Shown here piece by piece: positions 25,789 through 34,544 of a stretch of 63,912 nt of DNA. The notes below the pieces were generated by a model. It saw only the letters and a program-made list of their open reading frames with translations. It made no database searches and was not told where the DNA came from. The position numbers and the translations under genes were made by a program. Positions within the stretch are counted from its first letter, which is position 1; every line of letters begins with the position of its first letter. Source of the stretch: Gemmatimonadales bacterium (GTDB lineage: Bacteria > Gemmatimonadota > Gemmatimonadetes > Gemmatimonadales > GWC2-71-9); the NCBI GenBank assembly GCA_036566495.1, contig DATCWE010000049.1, forward strand, positions 1 to 63,912, written 5' to 3'.

Positions 25789-27470
25789 GGCTTCTCCACC
25801 AGCTCCAGTAGGAGCTTCATGGTGCGGGGATCGTTCTTCCGTGCCAGCGCCGCGATGGCCTGGCGGCGCACCTGCGGGTCGGTGCCCGATTTCGCAATCT
25901 CGATCAGTTTGTCCACCGCCGCAGGATCGTCCCGGCTGGCCAGCTGGTTGACGACGGCATAGCGGAGCTCCCGTTCAGGCAGAGCGTCGAACAACTTGCC
26001 CAGCTCCTCGATCGACAAGGTGCTCGTCTTGATCCGAGAGAGTGCCTCGCGCCGCAGGCCGGTGTCCTCTTCACGGTTCTTCGCGATACCCAGGAGCCAT
26101 TGGTCATTCGTGGGTCCTCCGATACGCGACACGGCGTTGAGAATGGCACTCTTGATCTGGCGGGAGTCGGTCTTCCCGTAGAGGCCGCGCAGAAAGGTCG
26201 CGTCCTCCTCGTCGCCGCCAGAGCGGCGGGCCGCACGCTGTCCCGACATGGTCAGCTTCTCGTCGCTCGCGGAGCTCGCGGCCAGCTGTTGAATCGCCTC
26301 GGCACGCGTCCGTTCCGGCAAATCACCTTTCTCGATGATCGCGCGGAGGGCACGCTTCGCTTCCGGGCCGCCCGTTGAGCGCAGCGCCGAAAGCGCGGCT
26401 TCACGCGTGCGGGGATCGCTGCTCTCGTTGAAGAGCTGCTCCAGCACCTTGACCGTCGTGGCGCCGGGAGAGCGGGCGATGAGCATGATGGCGTCGCTGC
26501 GCACGCCGGGGTCGGGGTCGCTCTTCGCCACTTCCACCAGATCCGCCGTGGCCTCATCGGTTCCGTTCCGGCCCAGAATGTAGACCGCGCGCCGACGCAG
26601 CGTGGCGGAGCATTCGTCTCGCCGCGCCAGGACGCGCTTCAAGGTTGGGCGGACCTCAGGCGTGTTGAGCTGCGCCAGCGCGTTCAGTGCCTCGGCGCGC
26701 ACCTCCATCTCTTCCCGGTCGCAGCTGGCACCCGAGGCGTTGGCCGCGGCGTTGGCGGCGCGCAACAGGGTCGCCGCCTGCGCATCGCCGCGCGCCGCCA
26801 GCGCGGCATACAAACGGGTCCGCAGCGTCGCAGCGTCGGGATCGTCCGCGGCTTCGGGATAGCGCTCCTGCTGGGTCTTAAGCGCCGCCAGCGCCGTGCG
26901 TAGCTCCTCGGAGGCGCCGGACCGGTAGAGCGAGAACGCCCGCCAATACAGCGCCGCCGGTGCGACGCGGGAACGCGGAAACCGCTGTTCGAATGACTGG
27001 AAGAGCGTCGACGCGCGGGAATACTCTCCCCGGCTGAGGGCTTCGCGAGCTGCGCGGAAGAGCGAGTCCTCGGGAGTGCCCTGATCCGGGCGCAGCCGAC
27101 CCAGTCGGCCCCGAGGGGCGTCCTCGCTCCAGCCAAACAACCCCTCGTGCGGGGGCAGCGGCGCGAGCAGCTCATGGGAAGGGAACGGCAGCTCGGGAAG
27201 GTGCGGCATCAGCGGCTCATGCGGCAGCGCCAGCTCGAATTCGTGGAAGGGCAGGCTGGGCACCGGAAACTCAAACTGCATGCGCTCCAGCTGCGGCCAT
27301 TGATCCGGCAACCCCATCGGCGCGCTGGGCGGCAGGGGCGTACTTGGCACGTGAGCGGCCGCTGGAGGCCTCCTCACCGGAGCGGCCCGTGGCGGCACGG
27401 GAGGAGGCGTCTGGGCAGCCAGCGATCCGGCCGCCAGGCCGAACACCACGAGAACCAAAGAAGTATGCAT
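25785..27470 (-). CDS. HEAT-repeat protein with Pro-rich N-terminal region, secreted/periplasmic
   Basis: Signal peptide, a Pro-rich segment with repeated LPxxxHE units, a TPR-like stretch, then HEAT-like repeats (SDPDPGVRSDAI, GTDPQVRRQAIAAL). Confidence 0.7.
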   Translation of the reverse strand: MHTSLVLVVFGLAAGSLAAQTPPPVPPRAAPVRRPPAAAHVPSTPLPPSAPMGLPDQWPQLERMQFEFPVPSLPFHEFELALPHEPLMPHLPELPFPSHELLAPLPPHEGLFGWSEDAPRGRLGRLRPDQGTPEDSLFRAAREALSRGEYSRASTLFQSFEQRFPRSRVAPAALYWRAFSLYRSGASEELRTALAALKTQQERYPEAADDPDAATLRTRLYAALAARGDAQAATLLRAANAAANASGASCDREEMEVRAEALNALAQLNTPEVRPTLKRVLARRDECSATLRRRAVYILGRNGTDEATADLVEVAKSDPDPGVRSDAIMLIARSPGATTVKVLEQLFNESSDPRTREAALSALRSTGGPEAKRALRAIIEKGDLPERTRAEAIQQLAASSASDEKLTMSGQRAARRSGGDEEDATFLRGLYGKTDSRQIKSAILNAVSRIGGPTNDQWLLGIAKNREEDTGLRREALSRIKTSTLSIEELGKLFDALPERELRYAVVNQLASRDDPAAVDKLIEIAKSGTDPQVRRQAIAALARKNDPRTMKLLLELVEKP

Positions 27471-27487
27471 CGCGAGCGCTCCGCCGC

Positions 27488-28141
27488 TTACGGCTGGGAG
27501 GTGGGATTCTCCGCGAGCATCTCGCGGAGACGCGGGAGCACTTCCCGCTGATCGACAGTCTGATCGATGAGGTACACGTCCGGTGCCGCCACGCGGCGGG
27601 GCAACCGGACGATTTGGGCCAGCACCAGCTCGAGATCGTCGAGCAGGGCCTGCAGATGCGGATCGCTGGCCTGGGGAGAATCGAGCAGCAGCCGGGTGGT
27701 CACCAGGAGATCGCGAGCCTGTGCAGTGGAATACTCGATCGCGGGCCCGCTGCGGCGATTGGCATCCGCGAGGGTCACCAGGAGCGCGGTGACCCGTTCG
27801 AGGTAGTCCGCCGCGACTCCCACAAATGGCCCCTGGTCGTTGAGGGCGGGCCCGGCACTCTCTGCACTGCCGGCGGACGAACTGACGCCCGCCATCCGGG
27901 GCGGGGCCACGCTGGACTGCTTCACCAGCGCAGGGCTTATTTGCCCCAGTCCAAAGCCGAGCACGAGCATCGCCGCCAAGGGGAGCAGGGTGCGGATCCA
28001 GCGCGGAGGAATCCGGCGTTCCCGTGCCGGAAAGGCTCTTTCCTCCACCGCTTGCCAGATCCGGTCGAGCGGAGGATCCTGGGGGTTTCGCCAGGTCTCC
28101 TTGAGCTCCGCCAGCCGGCGCTCCAGTTCTCGGTCGTCCAT
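27488..28141 (-). CDS. putative anti-sigma factor (single-pass membrane protein, no zinc-finger HxxxCxxC motif)
   Basis: Sits immediately downstream of the ECF sigma gene. Short cytoplasmic N-terminus, one TM (TLLPLAAMLVLGFGLG) and a helical periplasmic domain. Confidence 0.6.
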   Translation of the reverse strand: MDDRELERRLAELKETWRNPQDPPLDRIWQAVEERAFPARERRIPPRWIRTLLPLAAMLVLGFGLGQISPALVKQSSVAPPRMAGVSSSAGSAESAGPALNDQGPFVGVAADYLERVTALLVTLADANRRSGPAIEYSTAQARDLLVTTRLLLDSPQASDPHLQALLDDLELVLAQIVRLPRRVAAPDVYLIDQTVDQREVLPRLREMLAENPTSQP

Positions 28142-28153
28142 GCTGATCCTTTC

Positions 28154-28687
28154 CTACTCGGCCACGATTCCAGCGAGCGCCTCGCGCAGTCGCGCGCGTG
28201 CCTCCGCCAGTCGTGCCTTACTGGTCCCTTCGGGGATGTCGAGCATTTGCCCGATTTCCCGATGAGTAAATCCTTCCATGTCGTGCAGCACCACCGGCAT
28301 CCGAAGCCGTACGGGCAATCGTTCCAGCTCGGCTTGCAAACGATCCCGCAAGTGAGGGTCGCTGTCGCCCTCGGGGCTCGCTACCTCGGCCGCCGACTCT
28401 AACTCGAACTCTCGCGCCCTCACTCGCCGCAGCCGCCGGAGTCCCGTGAAGAGCATCGACATGGCCACCGAATGCAGCCAGGTCGAAAAGGCCGATTCGC
28501 CGCGATACTGCTCGAGACGCTGGAACGCCTTCACGAAGGTGTCCTGCGTGTATTCGCGGGCGAGCTCTTCGTCGCCGACCGATCGATAGAGCAACCGGTA
28601 GACGCGCGGCGCATGCCTATCGTACAGGCGGCGTGCTGCCATCCGGTCGCCGGCGCGCGCGCCAGCGATCAGCTCGGAATCGTCCAC
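28154..28687 (-). CDS. RNA polymerase ECF-type sigma factor
   Basis: Region 2 (RLYDRHAPRVYRLLYRSVGDEELAREYTQDTFVKAF) and region 4 HTH (MEGFTHREIGQMLDIPEGTSKARL). GTG start. Confidence 0.9.
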   Translation of the reverse strand: MDDSELIAGARAGDRMAARRLYDRHAPRVYRLLYRSVGDEELAREYTQDTFVKAFQRLEQYRGESAFSTWLHSVAMSMLFTGLRRLRRVRAREFELESAAEVASPEGDSDPHLRDRLQAELERLPVRLRMPVVLHDMEGFTHREIGQMLDIPEGTSKARLAEARARLREALAGIVAE

Positions 28688-28735
28688 ACACCGTCCCTTG
28701 CGGCCGCAGGGGTCGTGGCCTGCTCTTGCATCAGG

Positions 28736-28765
28736 TCAGACGCGGGGAAGGCAAAAGTGGTTGGA
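28736..28765 (-). promoter_or_regulatory. possible autoregulated ECF-type promoter
   Basis: Minus strand reads CCAAC, 17 nt, then CGTCT, about 45 nt upstream of the sigma GTG. This loosely resembles the ECF pattern GGAAC-N16/17-CGTC. Confidence 0.25.
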
Positions 28766-28817
28766 TCGCGTCGCGGGATCATCCGAACTACCGCAGTACC
28801 GGGAAATGATGATAACG

Positions 28818-28835
28818 TAGTTGTTCTAGCTACTA
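28818..28835. promoter_or_regulatory. palindromic motif copy C (TAGTTGT-TCTA-GCTACTA)
   Basis: 12/14 match to TAGTTGT-N4-ACAACTA. It overlaps the rnd stop codon (28833-28835) and lies about 130 nt upstream of the ECF sigma gene. Confidence 0.4.
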
Positions 28836-29963
28836 AGTAACGGCAACCAAGAGATCCTTGCCGAACTCCTTGACTTGCCACCGCCGCACGCCGTCGACGG
28901 CCGCGAGCTCTTCGAGATCGCGGGGAGAGGTTCGGGCAATCGCCTCCAGGAGCCAGTTTGGGCAGAGCACGCCTGGGGCGAGGTCGTATTGCAGGACCAG
29001 CCTGGTCCGAGCTTCCTTGAGCCGCTCCATCCTGCCCTCGAAGGCCGGATCGGTTCGGTAGCGAGTTGGCCGGGCGTAGCGGGGCAGGACGGCCTCTGGC
29101 AGGGCGGTGCCTCGACCGAGGGCCTCCAGAATCTCGTTGCCCCGGCGATCCACCAGCTCACGACCCACCCCGCGAACCCGTGCCAGCTCCGCCAAGTCTC
29201 CGGGAGGCTGCTCCGCCAGCGCAAACATCGGCTCGTTACCGAGGATGCGAAAAGCGGCGCGATCGAGCGCATCGGCGGTTTGGGCTCTCCACACATAGAG
29301 CTCGCGGAAGCGGGCGAGTGCGCGGGGCGAGAGCACCCGGGCGCCCTTGACCCCCAAGGCCTGGATTTCGGGGGCGTCCGGCTCGGGCCAGCGCACTCGG
29401 GTCAGCAGCTCGCATTCCTCCTCGACCCAGCTCGAGCGTCCGCGTTCGGCCAGCTGCCGATGCAGCTCATCGCGCAGCCTGGGAAGATGGCGGGTGTCGG
29501 TCGCGGCATACTCGAGCATGGGCTGGGTGAGCGGACGCAACGACCAATCCGCGCGCTGAAACTGCTTGTCGAGCCGGACCCCGAAGTATTTCTCCAATAG
29601 CGCGGCCAGTCCGATGCCCGGCTCGTTGAGCAGCTGCGCCGCCACCCTGGTATCGAAGAGCCGGGCCGCGCGGAAGCCGAATTCATGGCCCAGCAGGCGC
29701 AGATCGTAATCGGCGTCGTGAAACACGAATTCGATGCCGGGGTCGGCCAGCAGTTCGCCGAATCCGGGAAGGCCGGTCACCGCAAGGGGGTCGACCAGCC
29801 AGGTTTCGCTTCGGGTCGAGAGCTGCAGGAGGTAGACGTGATCGCGGTGGCGATGGAAGCTCGCCGCTTCGGTATCCACAGCGACCAGCAGCTCGACGCG
29901 GAGACGAGCGAGCAACTCGGTGAAGTCGGCGACCGTTTCGATCAGTTGCAGCACCCGGCGCAC
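28833..29963 (-). CDS. rnd: ribonuclease D
   Basis: DEDD 3'-5' exonuclease motifs (VAVDTEAASF, FHDADYDLRLL, YAATDTRHL) followed by an HRDC-like region. GTG start. Confidence 0.85.
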   Translation of the reverse strand: MRRVLQLIETVADFTELLARLRVELLVAVDTEAASFHRHRDHVYLLQLSTRSETWLVDPLAVTGLPGFGELLADPGIEFVFHDADYDLRLLGHEFGFRAARLFDTRVAAQLLNEPGIGLAALLEKYFGVRLDKQFQRADWSLRPLTQPMLEYAATDTRHLPRLRDELHRQLAERGRSSWVEEECELLTRVRWPEPDAPEIQALGVKGARVLSPRALARFRELYVWRAQTADALDRAAFRILGNEPMFALAEQPPGDLAELARVRGVGRELVDRRGNEILEALGRGTALPEAVLPRYARPTRYRTDPAFEGRMERLKEARTRLVLQYDLAPGVLCPNWLLEAIARTSPRDLEELAAVDGVRRWQVKEFGKDLLVAVT

Positions 29964-30040
29964 ACCTTCCGGATCGAGGAGAGGAATAGTAGCGATCCCG
30001 GTACGACCGGGCGTACTTTTCGGCCTTCACGGAGGCCTCG

Positions 30041-31237
30041 ATGAACCTCGCCGAGGTCGAACAAGTCGTCTATCCCGATGATTGCGACGCGTTCGGCCAC
30101 CTGAACCAAGCGGCCTTCCTGCGGGTCTTCGAGCGGGCCCGTTGGGACGTGCTGGGCCGCGGCCCGGGAATGGACGTGTTCGTGCGGCACGATGCCTGGC
30201 CCGCCGTGCGCAAGACCGTCATCGACTACCTGGCGCCTGCGTTCCCCGGCGACGTGTTGCGGGTTCACCAGGCGCTGGTGCACCACGGCCGAACCAGCTT
30301 CACCATGCGCCAGGCCGCGCGCCGCGCCAGTGACGGTGCCCTGGTGGCCACGGCGGAGTTCGTCTTCGTGTGCATCGATCGCGGGGGACGGCCGGTGCCG
30401 GTGCCCGAGGAGGTCGGCGAGTTCTTCCAGACCCGACCGAGCTCGGAGCCTGCCGACCGGCTTTCGGTAAACGGCGTGCGGTTGGCGGTCGAGCAGCGGG
30501 GTACCGGTCCCGCCATCCTCTTCGTGCACGGCTTCCCGCTGGACCGCACCATCTGGCAGCATCAACTCGACAGCCTCACCGGGTACCGCCGCATCGCTCC
30601 CGATTTGCGGGGCATGGGGCAGTCCGACGCCCCCGATCTCGGGTATTCCATGAGCACCTACGCCGAGGACCTCGTCGGCATCCTGGACGCGATCGGAGAG
30701 GGGCAGGTGGTACTCTGTGGCCTTTCGCTGGGCGGCTATGTGGCCTTCGAGTTTCTGCGCCGCTGGCGCGAGCGGGTCCGGGGATTGATCCTGGTGGACA
30801 CGCGGGCCGAAGCCGATAGCGCGGAAGGCCGGCGGGCTCGGGACGCCCTGATCGGCCGGGTGCGTGAGCAGGGGGCCATCGCCGCCGCCGAGGCCATGCT
30901 GCCCCGCCTGTTCACGCCCCAGGTCTCACCGGAAATCATCGAGCAGATCCGTACCATGATCCTGCGCACTCCGGTGTCGGGAATCGTCGGCGCGCTCTCC
31001 GCGATGCGGGAGCGGCCCGATAGTACCCAGCTGCTGGAGACTCTCACCGGCATTCCCACGCTCGTGCTGGTGGGAGCGGAGGACATGATCACTCCGCCGC
31101 CGATCGCGCAGGCCATGGCCACGGCGATCCCGGGTGCGCGGTTGATGGAAATCCCCGGCTCGGGACATCTGCCCTGTGTCGAGCAGCCGGTTCCGACCAC
31201 CCGGGCGATTCTGAAATTCCTTCAGTCGCTGGGATGA
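30041..31237 (+). CDS. fusion protein: hotdog-fold acyl-CoA thioesterase + alpha/beta hydrolase
   Basis: The N-terminal roughly 130 aa is YbgC/4HBT-like (YPDDCDAFGHLNQAAF...TSFTMR). The C-terminal roughly 260 aa is an alpha/beta hydrolase (ILFVHGFPLD, nucleophile elbow GLSLGG, GSGHLP). Confidence 0.75.
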   Translation: MNLAEVEQVVYPDDCDAFGHLNQAAFLRVFERARWDVLGRGPGMDVFVRHDAWPAVRKTVIDYLAPAFPGDVLRVHQALVHHGRTSFTMRQAARRASDGALVATAEFVFVCIDRGGRPVPVPEEVGEFFQTRPSSEPADRLSVNGVRLAVEQRGTGPAILFVHGFPLDRTIWQHQLDSLTGYRRIAPDLRGMGQSDAPDLGYSMSTYAEDLVGILDAIGEGQVVLCGLSLGGYVAFEFLRRWRERVRGLILVDTRAEADSAEGRRARDALIGRVREQGAIAAAEAMLPRLFTPQVSPEIIEQIRTMILRTPVSGIVGALSAMRERPDSTQLLETLTGIPTLVLVGAEDMITPPPIAQAMATAIPGARLMEIPGSGHLPCVEQPVPTTRAILKFLQSLG

Positions 31238-31334
31238 AACCCTTCGGCCAGTTGGGGCGTCTATTAGAGTGGCGGGACCGATCCGGTGTTCTATATCGAA
31301 TCACCGCCAAGCCTCGTGTAGTACTCCCTTAGTG

Positions 31335-31352
31335 CGGCCCCGGGGCGGGCAG
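31335..31352. terminator. possible bidirectional terminator hairpin between convergent genes
   Basis: GGCGGGCA (31335-31342) and TGCCCGCC (31345-31352) are inverted repeats, giving an effective 7-bp stem with a 4-nt loop. There is no strong U-tract. Confidence 0.25.
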
Positions 31353-31430
31353 GTGCCCGCCTCTGGGTCGTCTCGCCTTCGTAGGGGTCAGGACTAGGAG
31401 TCAGAAATCAGGGAAACAGGGACGGCGACC

Positions 31431-31694
31431 CTACTTGCGCGGCCTTCCCGGCGGAGTATCGGAGTTGAAGATCTCTTTGTTCTTCTGAATGAAGCTCTCC
31501 AGATTGGGCGGCACATCTTCCTCGGGAAAGATGGCGGTCACCGGGCATTCAGGCTCACAGGCGCCGCAATCGATGCACTCGTCGGGGTGGATATAGAGTT
31601 GATCCTCCCCTTCATAGATGCAGTCGACCGGGCACACGTCCACGCACGCCCGGTCCTTCACGCCAATGCATGCCTCGGTGATGATATACGTCAT
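31431..31694 (-). CDS. ferredoxin (7Fe / 2x[4Fe-4S]-type)
   Basis: [26 protein letters not shown] and [13 protein letters not shown] cysteine clusters. Confidence 0.9.
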   Translation of the reverse strand: MTYIITEACIGVKDRACVDVCPVDCIYEGEDQLYIHPDECIDCGACEPECPVTAIFPEEDVPPNLESFIQKNKEIFNSDTPPGRPRK

Positions 31695-31805
31695 GCCTTC
31701 CGCTCTCCCTGAGTGATCACACTTGCTGCCCGCACGCGGGCTTGAGGTCCCGGGACAGAATTAAGGAGCCGGGCCACGCTCCGCAAGGGGAGCCCCGGAT
31801 TAACT

Positions 31806-33854
31806 TTGCGCATGCGGCATTACCTCCGGTGCCTGCTGTTTGTGGTGGTGAGCGTGCCGCCGGTGCAGGCGCAACAATGTCCGGAGGGGCCGCTGGCGCT
31901 GGTACTGTCCGGCGGGGGTGCCAAAGGTTTTGCGCATATCGGAGTACTGCAGGTCCTGGACAGTCTGGGGGTGCGGCCAGACCTGGTCGTCGGCACCAGC
32001 ATCGGCGCCATGGTCGGGGCGCTCTACGCCAGTGGATTATCAGCCCGGCAGATCGACTCGCTCACCCGTTCGTTCCCGCCCTTCGATAGCCGCCCCGTCA
32101 TCGCCAGCCGCGCACCCCACGAGTGGGGCAGTCTGCCACCCACCTTTCTGTGGGAGCAGGGCACCGGGGGATTTGTGCTGGCGACCGGCGGCGTGCGAGA
32201 GCTCCAAATCAACGCCTTGCTCAATCGCGTGTTGTTGCGCGCCAACCTGCTGGCACGCGGCGACTTCGACCGGCTGCCCATCCCGTTTCGTGCCGTAGCG
32301 ACCAACCTCAGGAATCGGGAAGCCGTCGTACTGCGGGGCGGTGATCTGGCGCAGGCGGTCCGTGCCAGCCTGGCGGTCCCCCTGGTCTTCTCGCCCGAGC
32401 GGATCGGAGCGGATCTCTATACCGACGGCGGCATCTCCGCCAACGTCCCGATCGGAGCCGCGCGGGCCGCCGGTGCCCGGCGCGTTATCGTGGTCGACCT
32501 CAAGGAGTCCACGCTGGGGGACAGCGTGATCCTCGTCTCGCCGGAAGCGGTGGCAGGCCGGCTGGCCGGATTCCTCTTCGCGCAGCCGCTCGACTCGCTC
32601 GGTCCCGATGACGTATATGTGCAGCCCGACGTGCGCGGCGTCGCGAACCTGCGGTTCGATGCCGCCACTCACGACCGGATGCTCATCAACGGCCGATTGG
32701 CCGCAGACTCCTCGCTGCGACGCGCGAGCTGCCTTCCGCGCTCCGCCCGCGCGGTCCCTGCAGCGCTCCCGACTCAACTGGCGGGCTGGACAGTGGTCAA
32801 CGGCACCACCCGAGATGCGATCACCATGGGACGGGTGTTAGGGCTTCGCCGCGACCATTCGCTTCGCGTCGATGGCCTTGAGGCTCAGCTCAGCGAACTT
32901 CCCCACGTCGAGGCCTTGCGAGAGCTCTGGCTCGGTCCGGTCGGCACGGGAGACAGCATCAGGTTCCAGGCCTCGATCGTGCCGGCCCCGCCTCGAGTAG
33001 CCGGCGTCGGCCTCGCGTACGACCACGATCTCGGGGGCCGGCTTTGGGCGGGCGTGCTGGATCGGGTGCTGCTTCCCGGCATCGAGACAAGCGGGGTGCT
33101 GACCCTGGGGCGCTTCCGCAGCGACCTCACCGGTGTTCTGCTGACGCATGTGGGAATCCGCCGTATGAGTCTCATGCCGTTCATCGTGGGGCAGCTCAGA
33201 AGCGAGGACATTCGGCTGTTCAGCAGCGATGGACACAGCTTCCTGCAGCCGACGGTGCGCCAGGCAACCGGCCAGGCCGGGGTGGAATGGGCGCGCATCG
33301 GGGCCTGGCGACTGCGTGGCGCCGCAGCCGTGATCACCTGGGAATCCGATGGCGAGACCCATTCGACTGGCGGTCTTCTGCTGTCGGCACGCACGGAGCC
33401 GGGCGGCCAAGCATGGGCGAAGGGCGAAGCCAGCATTACCGGGGCCTATCGCCTGGCCCTCGCGGAGGGCGGCGTGCTGTTCCAAGCCGGCCGGCTCAGT
33501 CTGCAGCCCGGAGCGCGGCTGGCGATCGGTCGCCGGCTGCCGCTGCAGGCGACGTTCGAATTTGGCGGCGACGAAGGGTTTCCCGGGCTGGTCATCGGGG
33601 AGTTTCGCGGGGACCGTGAAGTGGTGCTTCGCTTCGAAAGCTCCTATCTGGTTCGGGGGCCGCTAGCCGTCCGGTTGCAGCTCGCCGCGGGCCGCTCCGC
33701 CACCGGGGGTTCCTTGCTCGCCTCCACCGGATGGCTGGGAGGTGCGCGTGCCGGTTTCGGCGCCGAAACTCCACTAGGTCCGGTGACCTTCGAGTATGGC
33801 CTGGCAACCAATGGCAGGAGTGCGGCGTTCGTGCGCGTCGGCCGCTGGTTCTAG
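31806..33854 (+). CDS. patatin-like phospholipase fused to Omp85-type beta-barrel (PlpD-like)
   Basis: Signal peptide. Patatin motifs GGGAKGFAHIGV, GTSIGA (GxSxG) and DGG. The C-terminal roughly 300 aa is beta-strand-rich and ends VRVGRWF. The track uses a TTG start at 31806; an ATG at 31812 is the alternative. Confidence 0.75.
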   Translation: MRMRHYLRCLLFVVVSVPPVQAQQCPEGPLALVLSGGGAKGFAHIGVLQVLDSLGVRPDLVVGTSIGAMVGALYASGLSARQIDSLTRSFPPFDSRPVIASRAPHEWGSLPPTFLWEQGTGGFVLATGGVRELQINALLNRVLLRANLLARGDFDRLPIPFRAVATNLRNREAVVLRGGDLAQAVRASLAVPLVFSPERIGADLYTDGGISANVPIGAARAAGARRVIVVDLKESTLGDSVILVSPEAVAGRLAGFLFAQPLDSLGPDDVYVQPDVRGVANLRFDAATHDRMLINGRLAADSSLRRASCLPRSARAVPAALPTQLAGWTVVNGTTRDAITMGRVLGLRRDHSLRVDGLEAQLSELPHVEALRELWLGPVGTGDSIRFQASIVPAPPRVAGVGLAYDHDLGGRLWAGVLDRVLLPGIETSGVLTLGRFRSDLTGVLLTHVGIRRMSLMPFIVGQLRSEDIRLFSSDGHSFLQPTVRQATGQAGVEWARIGAWRLRGAAAVITWESDGETHSTGGLLLSARTEPGGQAWAKGEASITGAYRLALAEGGVLFQAGRLSLQPGARLAIGRRLPLQATFEFGGDEGFPGLVIGEFRGDREVVLRFESSYLVRGPLAVRLQLAAGRSATGGSLLASTGWLGGARAGFGAETPLGPVTFEYGLATNGRSAAFVRVGRWF

Positions 33855-34537
33855 GCGGAAAGCTTCTCCCGCAAAAACGACAAGGTACGATCCCACGCCT
33901 GCTGCGCACTCTGCTTGTGGTAGACGGTCGGTCGGGTATCGTTGAAAAAGGCGTGACCCGCGTCGTAGTAATGGGCCTCAATACTGCCCCCCGCTGTCTT
34001 GATCTTCTTCACCAGGGCCCGGGCGTCCGCTTCCTTGACCGAGGCGTCCTGTTTGCCGAAGTGCGCCAGCAGCGGTACCCGCAATTTGGCCGGATCGATC
34101 CTGACGTTCGGGTGTACCCCGTAGAAATCGACCGCAGCTCCGATTCGATCCGGGTACTCCGCGGCCGCGTAGAGCGCGAGCTGTCCCCCCATACAAAAAC
34201 CCACGACACCCACTCGCGCCGTGCTCAGTTCATGCCGGGCGATCAGCGCGTCGGCGGCAGCACGCAGGTCGATTCCTGCCTTGGCGATGTTGAGCGCCAT
34301 GAGCAGCTTCCCGGCTTCATCGGGACTTTTGGTGACCGTGCCGTGATAAAGGTCGGGGGCGAGCGCGACGAATCCCGCGTTCGCGAAGCGGTCGCAAACA
34401 TCCTTGATGTGATCCACCAGGCCCCACCATTCCTGAATCACCAAGACCCCGGGACCCTTTTCGGTCGCGGGGACGGCCAGGTATCCGGTCCCCTGGTGCC
34501 CGTTGACGGGGAAGTGAAGCGTCTCGCCCATGGACAC
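33851..34537 (-). CDS. dienelactone hydrolase family protein
   Basis: 228 aa. VLVIQEWWGL, the nucleophile region VGFCMGG and a C-terminal HAF motif. Confidence 0.8.
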   Translation of the reverse strand: MSMGETLHFPVNGHQGTGYLAVPATEKGPGVLVIQEWWGLVDHIKDVCDRFANAGFVALAPDLYHGTVTKSPDEAGKLLMALNIAKAGIDLRAAADALIARHELSTARVGVVGFCMGGQLALYAAAEYPDRIGAAVDFYGVHPNVRIDPAKLRVPLLAHFGKQDASVKEADARALVKKIKTAGGSIEAHYYDAGHAFFNDTRPTVYHKQSAQQAWDRTLSFLREKLSA

Positions 34538-34544
34538 TGCGGGT

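Noticed and set aside
24502-27470. Internal periodicity in the HEAT-repeat genes, and the PDxL repeats in mtgA, checked as possible CRISPR-like or tandem DNA repeats.
   Set aside because: The repeats are degenerate at DNA level and in frame within coding sequence. There is no constant repeat/spacer organisation, and no cas genes are present.
31238-31430. 193-bp convergent intergenic region screened for a tRNA or small RNA (GGCGG...CACCGCC pairing, AT-rich tctatatcgaa loop).
   Set aside because: No cloverleaf, T-loop (GTTCGAATC-type) or anticodon-arm geometry could be built. I retained only a weak GC hairpin as a possible terminator.
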